A stretch of DNA of 64,000 bases from an uncultured Ignavibacteria bacterium (GCA_964399055.1 CAYNPJ010000004.1:11158-75157), one strand, 5' to 3'. Counted from the first letter of the stretch, positions 16,524 to 27,381 are shown. Program-made: numbers and translations. Notes: generated by a model not told the origin, from the sequence alone.

Positions 16524-17885
16524 ATGGACCGGGATAAGATTCTCATTGTAGACGACGAAGAGGGAATCCGCACTCAACTTGCCTGGGCTCTGTCTGCGGA
16601 ATACCGAGTCTTGCAGGCTGACTCGGCAGCGCCAGCCTTGGATATAGTCCGGGCAGAGAACCCGAATCTAATCTTGCTGGATTTAGCCTTAAGCACCACT
16701 CAGGCCGAGCCGGATGGATTGGAACTCTTGGGAACTTTTCTGGAGAAAGACCCCTTTTTGAAAGTCATTATGATCACCGGCCATGATGAAAAGCCCAATG
16801 CTTTGGAGGCCATTAAAAAGGGGGCTTACGACTTTTACGCCAAACCCATCGACTTAGATGAAATTAAAATCATCATAAAGCGGGCTCTCTACATCCAGAA
16901 ATTGGAAAAAGAGAACCGGCAATTAGCTGAAGAGTTAGAGAGTAAACAAAAATTTGAGGAAATCATTGGCACCTCAGAGAAGATGGAGCAGATTTACCGG
17001 ACCGTTTCCAGGGTTGCCCCCACTGATGCCACAGTTCTGGTAGTGGGAGAATCCGGCACCGGCAAGGAACTGATAGCCAGAGCCATTCACAGCCTGTCAC
17101 CCCGTAGTTCCAAGCCTTTTGTCACCATCAACTGCGGGGCTATTCCGCCCAATCTTTTGGAATCCGAGCTCTTTGGTCACGAAAAGGGAGCCTTTACTGA
17201 CGCCCACATCCAGCGCAAGGGGAGGTTCGAAATGGCTGAAGGCGGGACAATTTTCTTAGATGAAATCGGCGAACTCTCTCTGCCCCTGCAGGTCAAGATT
17301 CTGAGGTTTTTGCAGGAAAAAGAGATTGAACGAGTGGGAGGCCGGGAGCCAATTTACGTGGATGCCAGGGTTCTGGCGGCGACAAACAAGGCGCTGCTGG
17401 AAGAGGTCAAGCTGAAAACCTTCAGAGAAGACCTTTATTACCGGCTCAGTGTAATTACCATTAATCTTCCCTCTTTAAAAGAGAGGGGTCAGGACATATT
17501 GCTTTTGGCCCACACCTTTTTGAGCCGTTTTTCGGCAGAATACAACAAAAGCAAGCTGACTTTTAGTCCTGCGGCCGAGAGGGCCCTTTTAGCCTATCCC
17601 TGGCCCGGCAACGTGCGCGAGCTGGAGAACAAAGTCAAACGGGCGGTAATTTTAAGCCTGGGAAATAAGATTACTCCCTATGATTTGGGACTGGAACAAG
17701 AGTCCGGAGGCAAGAGGCCAACCCTGCAGGAGCTGCGGGAGCAAGTAGAGAGTCAGTTCATTCAGGAAACGCTCCAGCGCCATCAGGGGAACGTCACCAA
17801 CGCTGCTAAAGAATTAGGGGTTAGCCGGACTACTCTTTATGATATCATGGAGAAGTACAAGATTAAAAGAGAGTCTTTGGATTAA
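16524..17885 (+). CDS. prsR: PEP-CTERM-box sigma-54-dependent response regulator (PrsR family)
   Basis: Receiver domain (ILIVDDEEGIR...LLDLAL); AAA+ motifs GESGTGKELIARAIH and GAFTDA; C-terminal HTH. Confidence 0.85.
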   Translation: MDRDKILIVDDEEGIRTQLAWALSAEYRVLQADSAAPALDIVRAENPNLILLDLALSTTQAEPDGLELLGTFLEKDPFLKVIMITGHDEKPNALEAIKKGAYDFYAKPIDLDEIKIIIKRALYIQKLEKENRQLAEELESKQKFEEIIGTSEKMEQIYRTVSRVAPTDATVLVVGESGTGKELIARAIHSLSPRSSKPFVTINCGAIPPNLLESELFGHEKGAFTDAHIQRKGRFEMAEGGTIFLDEIGELSLPLQVKILRFLQEKEIERVGGREPIYVDARVLAATNKALLEEVKLKTFREDLYYRLSVITINLPSLKERGQDILLLAHTFLSRFSAEYNKSKLTFSPAAERALLAYPWPGNVRELENKVKRAVILSLGNKITPYDLGLEQESGGKRPTLQELREQVESQFIQETLQRHQGNVTNAAKELGVSRTTLYDIMEKYKIKRESLD

Positions 17886-18280
17886 CCTTGAATTAACTTT
17901 AGCCAGAGCCGGCGCGCTCGGGGCCCGTCGAATTCACAGAAGAAAATCCCCTGCCAGGTTCCTAATAATAATTTTCCCTTATCAAAGAGGATGCTCTTCG
18001 AAGAGCCGATTAAACTGGCCTTGATGTGAGCATCTGCATTCCCTTCGGTGTGATGATAATCTGCGGAGCGAGGGATGTTTTTCTCGAAAAATTCAAGCAG
18101 GTCGCGTTTGACCGAGGGGTCCGCATTTTCATTGATTGTCACTCCGGCAGTGGTGTGGGGACAATAGATGACGCAAACGCCTGAAGCTATCTTACTTTCG
18201 GAAATGAGAGCTTGAATTCTATCGGTAATGTCCTCCATCTCATTCCTGCGTGAAGTTTTAATTTCCAGTTCTTTAATCAT
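17882..18280 (-). CDS. YjbQ/UPF0047 family protein (secondary thiamine-phosphate synthase-like)
   Basis: Family hallmarks CPHTTAGVTINENADPSV...HHTEGNADAHIKASL; convergent with prsR with a 4-nt overlap. Confidence 0.7.
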   Translation of the reverse strand: MIKELEIKTSRRNEMEDITDRIQALISESKIASGVCVIYCPHTTAGVTINENADPSVKRDLLEFFEKNIPRSADYHHTEGNADAHIKASLIGSSKSILFDKGKLLLGTWQGIFFCEFDGPRARRLWLKLIQG

Positions 18281-19200
18281 TCGAACAGCGCCTCCACAAA
18301 ATCCTTGGCCTGAAATTCCTCCAAATCCTCTATCCCCTCTCCCACTCCTAAGTAGCGCACCGGCACTCCTAACTGGTCTGCAATGGCAATTACCACCCCG
18401 CCTTTGGCTGTGCCGTCTAATTTGGTTAGAATTAAGCCGGTGGGCTGGACCGCCTCCTGGAAGATTTTTACCTGAGAAAGAGCATTCAGGCCGGTAGTGG
18501 CATCCAGCACCAGTAAAACCTCTTGTGGAAAAGCCGGGTCAGTTTTGGAGATTACTCTTTTAATCTTCTTCAACTCTTCCATTAGATTCACTTTGGTGTG
18601 CAGCCTTCCGGCTGTGTCGATTATGACTACATCTAAGCCCCGCGCCAAAGCGGACTGCAGCGCATCAAAAGCCACTGCAGCCGGGTCGGCCTCTGGCTGG
18701 CTTTTGACGAACTCCGCCTGAGCCCTTTTAGCCCAGATGGAGAGCTGGTCAATGGCTGCGGCCCGGAAGGTGTCGCTGGCTGCAATTAGGGCCTTCTTGC
18801 CTTCGCTCTTGTACTTATAGGCCAGTTTGCCGATACTGGTGGTTTTGCCGGTCCCGTTCACTCCGATGACTAAAATGACCTGCGGTTTGCTTTCTGACTC
18901 AGCCGGAGAGAAACCTGTGTTTCTTTCCAGAATCTCTTGAATCTCTTCCTTAAGGAGTCTTACCACCTCCTGAGGGTCTTCAATTTTGTCTTGGGAGACT
19001 CTTTGTTTTAAACCGGATAGAATTTTTTCAGCGGTGGTTATTCCTACGTCAGCGCTTATTAAAATCTCTTCTAACTCAGATAGAAGCTCCTGGTCAATCT
19101 GCCGGTGCTGGCCCACAGCCCGGCTTAATTTTTCTACAAAGACCGACTTGGTCTTGGATAAAGACTGCTTAAGCTTGTCAAAAGAGATTTTGAAAACCAC
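18277..19200 (-). CDS. ftsY: signal recognition particle receptor FtsY (short form, NG domain only)
   Basis: GVNGTGKTTSIGKLA P-loop; DTAGRLH; SRP-GTPase family features. Confidence 0.9.
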   Translation of the reverse strand: MVFKISFDKLKQSLSKTKSVFVEKLSRAVGQHRQIDQELLSELEEILISADVGITTAEKILSGLKQRVSQDKIEDPQEVVRLLKEEIQEILERNTGFSPAESESKPQVILVIGVNGTGKTTSIGKLAYKYKSEGKKALIAASDTFRAAAIDQLSIWAKRAQAEFVKSQPEADPAAVAFDALQSALARGLDVVIIDTAGRLHTKVNLMEELKKIKRVISKTDPAFPQEVLLVLDATTGLNALSQVKIFQEAVQPTGLILTKLDGTAKGGVVIAIADQLGVPVRYLGVGEGIEDLEEFQAKDFVEALFE

Positions 19201-19208
19201 GGGAGAGG

Positions 19209-22200
19209 TTACTGAACCGCCGGCTCCTTATTCAGTCGCACTGAGACCAGCTGAGAAACCCCCGGCTCTATCATGGTCACCCCGTAAAGTGTGTCGGCCT
19301 CCTCCATGGTGAGCTTGTTGTGGGTTATGATGATGAACTGGGTCCGGTCCGTAAACTGGCGGACTAACTTGATGAACCTGCCGATGTTGGAATCATCCAA
19401 GGGAGCGTCGACTTCGTCTAAGATGCAGAAGGGGGAGGGCTTTACCAGATAGAGGGAGAATAAAAGCGAGATGGCCACCAAGGCTTTCTCTCCTCCGGAG
19501 AGCTGGGCTAAAGTGACTAATTTTTTCCCTCTGGGCTTGGCCATGATTTCGATTTTGGCCTCCAGCGGGTCGATTCCTTCTTCTAAGATTAAGTCTGCTT
19601 CTCCGCCGTCGAACAAATTGGCCAGGACTTTCTGAAAATTGGCTTTTACCTGCTGAAAGGTCTCCATGAATAATGAGCGGGCTGTGTCGTTGATTTTAGT
19701 AATAGTGGATTGCAGGGTTTCTTTGGCGGAGATTAAATCCTGTACCTGCTTTTGTAAAAAGTCCAGGCGCTCTTTTTCTCTCTGATAATCTTCCAAGGCC
19801 AAAAGGTTGACGGCCCCGTAACTCTTGAGTCGGTTGCGGAGCTGAAAAATCTCCTCCTGATAAGCCGGAATTTTCTCTTCTTCTTCTGGCGTTAAATCTG
19901 GAATTGAGTTTAAATCGATTTCATATTCTTCCCAGATACGACTCTGCAGCTGCTGAAGCCGGGTAACCAACTCATGCTTGTCTAAATCCAGCCGGTGAAT
20001 TTCCTCCTGGCCTTCTGAATGTGCCTTGCGGATGCCCTTTAATTCCTGCTCTTTCAAGTTAATCCGCTCCAAGAGTCGGTGTTCCTTCTGGGCCTGTTCA
20101 TTCAAGGAGACGAATTGTTCTTGCTTGCGGGAATCCAGCAGTTTCAATTCTTCCTGGTCTTTTATAGTCTGTTCCTCTAATGACTTTAGGTCATACTGTG
20201 TCTTCTCTTTTTGCTCGGCTTTGGCCTGGGCGCTGATTTGCGCCTGAGAGACCGCCTCTACTAAGCGCAGGCTGTCATTTTCCAGACGCTCCTTCTGCCC
20301 CTGCAGGGTAATCAGCTCAATCATCTTATCATTTAATTTCTGGCTGGTTTCTGCTAAGTCTTTTTCTTTGAGCTGGAGTTTCTGTTTGGCATCTTGCAGC
20401 GCTTTCTCTGAACTGACAGACTCGGTCTGCAGCTGTCCGAATTCAGCCTGAAGTGAGTCAATCTCACCGGAATATTCTTGGACCAGAGCCTGCAGTCTCT
20501 CAATCTCTTGCTGGTAATTGTGCAGATTCTCCAGGGTAAATGCCTGTCGGGATTTAAACTCAGTCAGGTCAATCTGGGTGTTTTGAAAGGCAGTTTTCAC
20601 CCGCTCAATTTCAGTTTCCATTATTTCTAATTCATTCTGCCAAGATTGGACTGAGGCTGAAAGGTTGTCAATGCTTTCCTTCAGCCTGGCTGCCTCTTTG
20701 CTCAGTTTCTCTATTCTAACTTCTGCCTGCTGTATCTGTTCCTGTCTTCCCACCAGGGTCGGACTCTTTTTCTTGCCGCCCTTAATGACGCCCAGGCCTG
20801 AGAACAACTCTCCGCTTGGAGTGACCAAGGTTACTTCAGGAGCTATTTCTGTCAGAAGCCTTTGAGCAGAAACAGAGTCAGGAACCAGATATACATTTTT
20901 TAACAACATTCCATAGAATTCTTCCCATCTTTCATTTACTGGTCTGACGATATTCAGAATCGGAACTAGACCTGCAGGTATATTAACTGAGCCTGAATTT
21001 TCATTGCTCGATCTGGCTTTCAAGTCGGCGATGACAAATCCTGCCTCTCCCCACTCTTGTTCTTTTAAAGTGTCAATGGCTTCCATAATCTGCTCTGAGT
21101 TGGAGGCCACTAAATAACCGGCCTTCTCCCCTAAGGCTGCCTCTACTGCCAGAGCGTAAGCCTCTTCAGTCTGCAGGAGATTGGCCACCGTGTCGGCCAG
21201 CCCGAATCTCTCTCTCTGTTCAATCAGTTTGCGGACCCCTTCCTGATAGCCCTCATAAGATTTCAAGATTTGAGTGAGGACTTCTTTTTTGGCTGTCTCC
21301 GAGGCCAGTTTTTCTTCTATCTGTTTGAGCTTTTTTTGCAGTCCTTCGATTTGTCTTTCTTCTCTTAAAACTGTTGTGTGTAATTCATCCTTCTTGCCTG
21401 TTAATTCGATAATCTGGCTCTGCAGCCGTGCTGCCTCGAATTCCTTCTGACTGAGGTCTAATTCTAACTGCGACTTGGCTTCGCTGGTTTTCTTAAGATT
21501 TTTCTCTTTCTCCTCTTGTTCTGTCTGGGTCTCCTGAAGCCGCACACGCAGAGACTCCATTCTAGTCTCTCGGTCTTTAACCGCCAGCAGTTTTTCCGAA
21601 CAAGTTTGACTTAATTCCTCTGAAGTTCTCCTGATTGAGTTAGTCTCTCTCTGCAACTGCTCCACGTCACCCTGGAACACAGTCTGCTCGGTCTTGACCT
21701 TTTCCAGACGGTCTAAAACTGCCACGGCCTCGACCTTCTTGTTGGAAATGGCTTGTTCTAAATCCACTTTTTGTTGACTGAGCTGAGCAATCTCCTCTGT
21801 TAGTCGATTGTAGTTTTCCTTTTGGCTTTCTGCCTTCTGCCGGGCGACTGAAATAGCCTCCCGTTTTCTGAATATTGCCGATGAAATTTCATCTAAGTCA
21901 GCCCTTTGAATCTGCAGGGTTTTCTCGATTTCCAAAAGCTCTAACTTGAGCTGTTCTAACTCTAATTCCCTGGTGGCCAGCTCTGCTCCACCGGATTGTC
22001 TGCCGCTCTGCAGACCCTGCAAGGCTTCCTCAATCTGGCTTAGTTTCTGGGTTGCCTCTTGTTGTCTCTTCTTATGAGTCTTGACTTCCAAGACCTTGAG
22101 TTCATCCTTTATTTTCTTATACCCCTCGGCCTTGCGCATCTGCCTTTTCAGGGAATTGACTTGTTTTTCTACTTCAGCCACTAAGTCGGTCAGGCGCAGC

Positions 22201-22763
22201 AGGTCGGCCTCAGTGCTCTCCAATTTTCGGGCGGCCAGTCTGCGTTTCAGCTTATACTTGGTGATGCCGGCTGCCTCGTCAAATACTTCACGGCGGCTGT
22301 CGTCCCGGTCTGAAATCAGAGATTCCACCATTCCCTGTTCCATTACCGTGTAAGCCGAGGCTCCTACTCCGGTGTCGGCGAACAATTCCAAAATGTCACG
22401 CAATAGACAGGGCATCCCGTTCAAGAGGTATTCGGACTCCCCGCTGCGATATAAGCGCCTGGTCACCCTGGTCTTTTCTGAGCCGTTTAATGTCAGGTCA
22501 CCATTGCTTTCGATGACTAAGCTGACTTCTGCCATGCTCCCGGAGTTCCTGGAATTGCTGCCGGTGAAAATCACTGATTCCATCCGCTCGCCCCGCAGGG
22601 ATTTGGCGCTCTGCTCTCCTAAAACCCAGCGGATGGAGTCCACTAAGTTGCTTTTGCCGCAGCCATTGGGACCCACGATGGAGGTTATTCCGGAGTTAAA
22701 ATTCAAAACCGTGCGGGTAGGAAAGGACTTAAAGCCCATCAATTCCAATTCAGCCAGACGCAT
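19209..22763 (-). CDS. smc: chromosome segregation protein SMC
   Basis: MRLAELELMGFKSF...GPNGCGKSN Walker A; long coiled coils; C-terminal LSGGEKAL signature motif. Start set at ATG 22763 (MRLAEL) rather than TTG 22790, which overlaps the upstream gene. Confidence 0.9.
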   Translation of the reverse strand: MRLAELELMGFKSFPTRTVLNFNSGITSIVGPNGCGKSNLVDSIRWVLGEQSAKSLRGERMESVIFTGSNSRNSGSMAEVSLVIESNGDLTLNGSEKTRVTRRLYRSGESEYLLNGMPCLLRDILELFADTGVGASAYTVMEQGMVESLISDRDDSRREVFDEAAGITKYKLKRRLAARKLESTEADLLRLTDLVAEVEKQVNSLKRQMRKAEGYKKIKDELKVLEVKTHKKRQQEATQKLSQIEEALQGLQSGRQSGGAELATRELELEQLKLELLEIEKTLQIQRADLDEISSAIFRKREAISVARQKAESQKENYNRLTEEIAQLSQQKVDLEQAISNKKVEAVAVLDRLEKVKTEQTVFQGDVEQLQRETNSIRRTSEELSQTCSEKLLAVKDRETRMESLRVRLQETQTEQEEKEKNLKKTSEAKSQLELDLSQKEFEAARLQSQIIELTGKKDELHTTVLREERQIEGLQKKLKQIEEKLASETAKKEVLTQILKSYEGYQEGVRKLIEQRERFGLADTVANLLQTEEAYALAVEAALGEKAGYLVASNSEQIMEAIDTLKEQEWGEAGFVIADLKARSSNENSGSVNIPAGLVPILNIVRPVNERWEEFYGMLLKNVYLVPDSVSAQRLLTEIAPEVTLVTPSGELFSGLGVIKGGKKKSPTLVGRQEQIQQAEVRIEKLSKEAARLKESIDNLSASVQSWQNELEIMETEIERVKTAFQNTQIDLTEFKSRQAFTLENLHNYQQEIERLQALVQEYSGEIDSLQAEFGQLQTESVSSEKALQDAKQKLQLKEKDLAETSQKLNDKMIELITLQGQKERLENDSLRLVEAVSQAQISAQAKAEQKEKTQYDLKSLEEQTIKDQEELKLLDSRKQEQFVSLNEQAQKEHRLLERINLKEQELKGIRKAHSEGQEEIHRLDLDKHELVTRLQQLQSRIWEEYEIDLNSIPDLTPEEEEKIPAYQEEIFQLRNRLKSYGAVNLLALEDYQREKERLDFLQKQVQDLISAKETLQSTITKINDTARSLFMETFQQVKANFQKVLANLFDGGEADLILEEGIDPLEAKIEIMAKPRGKKLVTLAQLSGGEKALVAISLLFSLYLVKPSPFCILDEVDAPLDDSNIGRFIKLVRQFTDRTQFIIITHNKLTMEEADTLYGVTMIEPGVSQLVSVRLNKEPAVQ

Positions 22764-22767
22764 GAGT

Positions 22768-23511
22768 TTATGATTTTCCTTGGATATCAACCAATTGTTT
22801 CAGGTTTTGAGAGCCAATGCTTAGACCCTGTTTGACGGATTCTTCATATACGCGCTTTTTTAACGGGTATCCGTTGATGAAGAGCTTCACTTCCCCGGGT
22901 CGGTCAATCCGCACCAAAAATCCAGATTGTGAGTTCCAGATATACTCCTGGTTTTTAGTCAGACTACCATTGAATAAAGTATCTGTGCCGGAAATTACTA
23001 ACCCGCTGCACCTTTCCTCGGCTTCAATTTTGAGAACCAGGAGTTGGGGTGATGTCTGCTGAGCTGATGCCTGACTGTCAGCCGAAACAGGTGAGAGCGG
23101 CAGGCCCTGCAGAACTTTCAGGCTGGCTTCTTCGAAATCCGAAATTTTCTGTTGCTCAGGCTTGAGAACCAGGATTAACAAAACGATTAAGCCTAATATT
23201 AGACCGCCGCCTACGAAAATATAATCTAAGTGTTTGGTGTGTCTCTTTTTTCCGGGATGGTCTATTCTCCAGACTGCAGTCTCTTCTATGAGTTCTAACT
23301 TTGGCTCCAACTCCTGCGGAGTAACCCCTAATTGATGGGCATAGGAGGAGACAAAAATTTTGCCGTAGACATTGGCGGGCAACAGGTCGAAGCGGTCCTG
23401 CTCGATAGCTTCCAGGTATTTCTGGTTAATCTTGGTGTTCTGGGCTATCTCTTCCAGGGTCAGACCCAGCTCCTCCCTCCGCCGCTTGAGGAAAGACCCT
23501 ATTGATTCCAA
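22768..23511 (-). CDS. RodZ-like cytoskeleton protein (XRE-type HTH, TM helix, C-terminal DUF4115-like domain)
   Basis: LGLTLEEIAQNTKINQKYLEAIEQDRFDLLP HTH; single TM segment (IFVGGGLILGLIVLLILVL). Confidence 0.65.
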   Translation of the reverse strand: MESIGSFLKRRREELGLTLEEIAQNTKINQKYLEAIEQDRFDLLPANVYGKIFVSSYAHQLGVTPQELEPKLELIEETAVWRIDHPGKKRHTKHLDYIFVGGGLILGLIVLLILVLKPEQQKISDFEEASLKVLQGLPLSPVSADSQASAQQTSPQLLVLKIEAEERCSGLVISGTDTLFNGSLTKNQEYIWNSQSGFLVRIDRPGEVKLFINGYPLKKRVYEESVKQGLSIGSQNLKQLVDIQGKS

Positions 23512-23512
23512 A

Positions 23513-24136
23513 TCAGGAGACCTCCGCTAAAAGTCTGAGTACAGTTGCCAGCGGCAACCCGATGACGTTGTCCAAATCTCCTTTTATCTCTTTGACCAAA
23601 AAACTCCCCATCCCCTGGATGCCGTAAGCCCCGGCTTTATCCTGGTATTCGCTGCTGGAAAGATACTCCTCAATTTGAGCCTTACTGAGCTGATTGAAGG
23701 TCACCCGGGTGGTCTGATATCCGGTGGCCTCACGCTCGCTTTCCGAATTAATTAGCGCTACGCCGGTATAAACCGTATGAGTCTGCCCGCTCAGTTTAGA
23801 AAGCATCAGTGAGGCTTCCTCTTTATTTCCTGGTTTTCCCATAACCTCATTGCCAAGAACCACGACCGTATCTGCTGCCAGAATTATGCCGGCTGAAATC
23901 TGCCCGGCAACTGCCCGGGCTTTAAACAGAGAGTATTTGGTGACGTGAACTTCCGGGGCAGAGCCGTTCAGATTCTCCTCAAGCGCCGGTGATAATATTT
24001 TAAATTTTAAGCCGATTTCGTTTAAAATCTGCTGTCGGCGAGGAGAGCTTGAGGCTAATATGAGGCTACGAGCGCCCAACAGTTTTCTTATTTCTTGACC
24101 AGCCTCCAGGAATCTGAATTCAGTTAGAAGCGGCAT
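23513..24136 (-). CDS. maf: Maf-like nucleoside triphosphate pyrophosphatase (septum formation protein)
   Basis: LILASSSPRRQQILNEIGL N-terminal signature. Confidence 0.85.
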   Translation of the reverse strand: MPLLTEFRFLEAGQEIRKLLGARSLILASSSPRRQQILNEIGLKFKILSPALEENLNGSAPEVHVTKYSLFKARAVAGQISAGIILAADTVVVLGNEVMGKPGNKEEASLMLSKLSGQTHTVYTGVALINSESEREATGYQTTRVTFNQLSKAQIEEYLSSSEYQDKAGAYGIQGMGSFLVKEIKGDLDNVIGLPLATVLRLLAEVS

Positions 24137-24137
24137 C

Positions 24138-24575
24138 TCATGACTCCAGAATGAAGGTCACCGGCCCATCGTTGAAAATCTTGACCAGCATTTTAGAACC
24201 AAATATCCCGGTCTGAATCTTGAGGCCATAGTTTTTCAACAGCTCTACAAATTTATTATACAATTTATCTGCCGAATCCGGCTCTAAGGCTTCATCAAAA
24301 CCCGGCCTGCGCCCTTTCTGGGTGTCTCCGTAAAGGGTGAATTGCGAGATTGCCAAGATTTCTGCCTGCGTATCCAGGGCTGACAGATTCATCTTTCCCT
24401 GCTGGTCTTCAAAGATTCTCAAATTGACGATTTTTTCTGCTAAATACTGGGCGTCTTTTTCCTGGTCGCCCTTTTTGGCGCCGATTAGAATAACCAGTCC
24501 TTTTTTTATCTCTCCGACTGTCTTACCGTCAACTTCGACTCTGGCTTCCTTTACTCTCTGCAGTACGACCCTCAA
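24138..24575 (-). CDS. dtd: D-aminoacyl-tRNA deacylase
   Basis: MRVVLQRV...GLVILIG...SQFTLYGD family signature; 145 aa. Confidence 0.85.
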   Translation of the reverse strand: MRVVLQRVKEARVEVDGKTVGEIKKGLVILIGAKKGDQEKDAQYLAEKIVNLRIFEDQQGKMNLSALDTQAEILAISQFTLYGDTQKGRRPGFDEALEPDSADKLYNKFVELLKNYGLKIQTGIFGSKMLVKIFNDGPVTFILES

Positions 24576-24598
24576 AACTCCTCTAAATTTCAGGGTAA

Positions 24599-24627
24599 AT
24601 TAAGGGGCAGGGGGAAATTTGTCAACA
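24599..24627 (-). promoter_or_regulatory. sigma-70-like promoter TTGACA-N17-TAATTT upstream of dtd
   Basis: Reverse complement of 24599-24627 reads TTGACAAATTTCCCCCTGCCCCTTAATTT. Confidence 0.45.
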
Positions 24628-24711
24628 GAAATTCATTGGGGGACAAGAAGTTCTTTGACTCTATTTATAAATCAGCGGGCCTTTCAGAATTTTGCAGAAA
24701 GTTTACTTATT

Positions 24712-27321
24712 TTATTTCTTTTGAATTATAATTCTTTCACCGTCTGAATCTACCCTTATAGAATCGCCGGCCTCAATTTCTTTCTTCAGAATCTTCTCAG
24801 CCAACAACTGGACAATCTCTTTTTCCATCACTCTTTTAAGTGGTCTAGCGCCAAGAGTCGGGTCAAAACCGGCTTCAGCCAGATATTCTTTGGCCCCGGC
24901 AGTAAGCTCGGCCCGGATGTCCTGCTCCTGCAATCTTTTTTGCGTTCGGGCAAAGAGCAGGTCGATTATTTTGACAAATTCCTTGGATCTCAAAGGCTGG
25001 AAGACCAGTATCTCGTCAATTCGGTTTAAGAACTCCGGCCTAACTGAGTGCCTCAGTAAGTCTAAGACGTCTTTCTTCATAGCCTGATATAGTGTTGGGT
25101 CCTCTTTGTTTCTGGAATTCTCGAATCGCTCCATTATCTGCTCTGCACCTAAATTGGAAGTCATAATCAATATGGTGTTCTTAAAGGAGATTGTCCTCCC
25201 TTGATTGTCAGTCAATCTTCCATCATCTAAGATCTGGAGGAGCAAATTAAAGACCTCCGGGTGTGCCTTTTCAAATTCATCAAAGAGTATTACCGAATAA
25301 GGTTTTCTGCGGACTCTCTCGGACAGCTGCCCTCCCTCTTCATAGCCCACATAACCTGGCGGAGCTCCGATTAGACGAGAGACTGAGAATTTCTCCATAT
25401 ATTCAGACATATCGATTCTGATTAAAGCATTCTCATTGCCGTAAAGAGACTCCGCTAAAGCTCTGGCTAATTCGGTCTTTCCCACACCGGTCGGACCCAG
25501 AAAAATGAAGGAGCCATATGGCCTCTGCGGGTCTGACAGGCCGGCTCTGCTGCTGCGCACTATCCTGGCTACGGCTCTGACTGCTTCGTCCTGTCCGACT
25601 ATTCTTCTATGTAATTCTTCTTCTAGATGGACTAATCTTTCCGATTCAGTCTGGGTTAGTTTGGTCAGGGGAATACCGGTCCATTTCGCTACTACCTCGG
25701 CGATGTCTTCTGCATCTACTACTTCTTTAATCATTCTCTTTTCTTTTTGAATTTGGGACAGCTCGCCGGTCTTGGTTTCCAACTCGTTTTGTAATCGGCT
25801 TAATTCCCCGTAGCGCAAACGGGCAGCCTTCTCGTAATCGGCTATTCTCTCAGCTTTATCTGCATCCAGCCGGACTTTCTCCATTTCCTGTTTGAGGCTG
25901 CTGATATTGTTCATCAGCGTTTTTTCCTTCAGCCATTGATTTCTCAATACCTCTCGCTGAGAATATAAATCCTTCAATTCCTCCTCAATCGGCTTCAGTC
26001 TCTCTTGGGCGTCTTTTTCTTTCTTGACCACCTCACGTTCTATTTCTAACTGGCGTATTTTCCTTTCCAGACTGTCTAACTCTGCAGGCATAGAGTCCAT
26101 CTCTATTCTCAAATCCGCCGCAGCCTCGTCAATCAAATCAATGGCCTTATCCGGAAGAAAGCGGTCGGTGATATAGCGTTCGGAGAGCTTGGCCGCGGCT
26201 ACCAGGGCTTCGTCCGAAATCTTGACCCGGTGGTGTACTTCGTATCTCTCTTTTAGGCCTCGCAGGATGGAGATGGTGTCTTCCACCGAGGGCTCGCTTA
26301 CCAAGACCGGTGCGAATCTCCGCTCCAGGGCTGGATCTTTCTCTATGTGCTTGCGGTATTCATCCAGAGTGGTGGCACCAATGCAGCGCAGAGTTCCCCG
26401 GGCCAGGGCCGGCTTTAGCATGTTGGAAGCATCCAGAGCCCCATCTACCCGGCCCGCACCAATGATGGAGTGTAATTCGTCGATAAACAGAACTATATTG
26501 CCGTTGGACTTTTCTATTTCCCTTAATATGGCCTTCAGTCTCTCTTCAAATTCCCCCCGGAACTTGGAGCCGGCCAAAAGCGCACCCATGTCCAAAGCGA
26601 CTATTTTTCTCCCCTTTAAAGACTCAGGGACATCGCCGGAGGCAATTTTATTTGCCAGTCCCTCGGCTATAGCGGTCTTGCCCACTCCTGGCTCGCCGAT
26701 TAAGACCGGGTTATTCTTTGTGCGGCGCGAGAGTATTTTGGTAACCCGCCTGATTTCCTCATCCCGTCCAATGACCGGATCTAATTTCCCCTGGCCTGCC
26801 AGTTCAGTTAGATCCCGGCTGTATTTTTCCAGAACTTGATATTTGGATTCGGGATTGGGATCGGTCACCCTCTCAGTCCCGCGAATTGCAGTCAGTGCTT
26901 GGTAGATTATATTTCGGTTGACCCCAGCCTGCCTGAGAATCTCCTGAGCTTTGGTGCCAGAGACTTCTGCCAAGGCGATTAGCAAGTGTTCCACGCTGAT
27001 AAACTCATCTTTGAGCTGAGCCGCCTCTTCTTGGGCTTGTTGCAATACCCTTCTGAAATTAGAAGAGAGATAGAGCTCCGGCTGACTCTGGCTGGAGGAG
27101 ACTTTGGGAAAGAAATCTATTTCATCTGCTAATTTGTCTTTAAGGGAACTGACCGAAGCGTTTAGTCTTTCTAGAATAGTCTTGACTAAACCCTCTTCTT
27201 GCTCCAACAATGAAAGAAGCAGATGCTCCGGCTCCAACTGCTGATTTCTACTGCTGATGGCCATCTCCTGGGCATAGGCGATGGCGTCCTGACTCTTCTC
27301 GGTGAATTTATCTAATCTCAT
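24712..27321 (-). CDS. clpB: ATP-dependent chaperone ClpB
   Basis: Clp N-domain, two AAA+ modules (GEPGVGKTA; GPTGVGKTE) and a long middle coiled-coil; start set at MRLDKFT (27321), because the upstream in-frame ATG lies inside a terminator-like hairpin. Confidence 0.92.
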   Translation of the reverse strand: MRLDKFTEKSQDAIAYAQEMAISSRNQQLEPEHLLLSLLEQEEGLVKTILERLNASVSSLKDKLADEIDFFPKVSSSQSQPELYLSSNFRRVLQQAQEEAAQLKDEFISVEHLLIALAEVSGTKAQEILRQAGVNRNIIYQALTAIRGTERVTDPNPESKYQVLEKYSRDLTELAGQGKLDPVIGRDEEIRRVTKILSRRTKNNPVLIGEPGVGKTAIAEGLANKIASGDVPESLKGRKIVALDMGALLAGSKFRGEFEERLKAILREIEKSNGNIVLFIDELHSIIGAGRVDGALDASNMLKPALARGTLRCIGATTLDEYRKHIEKDPALERRFAPVLVSEPSVEDTISILRGLKERYEVHHRVKISDEALVAAAKLSERYITDRFLPDKAIDLIDEAAADLRIEMDSMPAELDSLERKIRQLEIEREVVKKEKDAQERLKPIEEELKDLYSQREVLRNQWLKEKTLMNNISSLKQEMEKVRLDADKAERIADYEKAARLRYGELSRLQNELETKTGELSQIQKEKRMIKEVVDAEDIAEVVAKWTGIPLTKLTQTESERLVHLEEELHRRIVGQDEAVRAVARIVRSSRAGLSDPQRPYGSFIFLGPTGVGKTELARALAESLYGNENALIRIDMSEYMEKFSVSRLIGAPPGYVGYEEGGQLSERVRRKPYSVILFDEFEKAHPEVFNLLLQILDDGRLTDNQGRTISFKNTILIMTSNLGAEQIMERFENSRNKEDPTLYQAMKKDVLDLLRHSVRPEFLNRIDEILVFQPLRSKEFVKIIDLLFARTQKRLQEQDIRAELTAGAKEYLAEAGFDPTLGARPLKRVMEKEIVQLLAEKILKKEIEAGDSIRVDSDGERIIIQKK

Positions 27322-27348
27322 CTTAGCTTCCACAAAAAAGCCGAGCAC

Positions 27349-27381
27349 TGAAGGCCCGGCTTATTAAACTGTCACTCTTAA
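27349..27381 (-). terminator. hairpin plus U-tract (AAGCCGGGC-CTTCAGT-GCTCGGCTTTTTTG) between fmdB and clpB
   Basis: 8-bp stem with one G-U pair, 7-nt loop and six T; ends about 25 nt before the clpB start codon. Confidence 0.5.

Noticed and set aside
17839-18024. 61-aa ORF overlapping the prsR/yjbQ convergent junction
   Set aside because: It overlaps two well-supported genes, has no RBS, and its Arg/Ser-rich translation comes from GC-rich junction sequence.
27322-27348. Upstream in-frame ATG of clpB (MLGFFVEAK...)
   Set aside because: The codons are the 3' arm and U-tract of a terminator-like hairpin. The conserved ClpB N-terminus begins at MRLDKFT.
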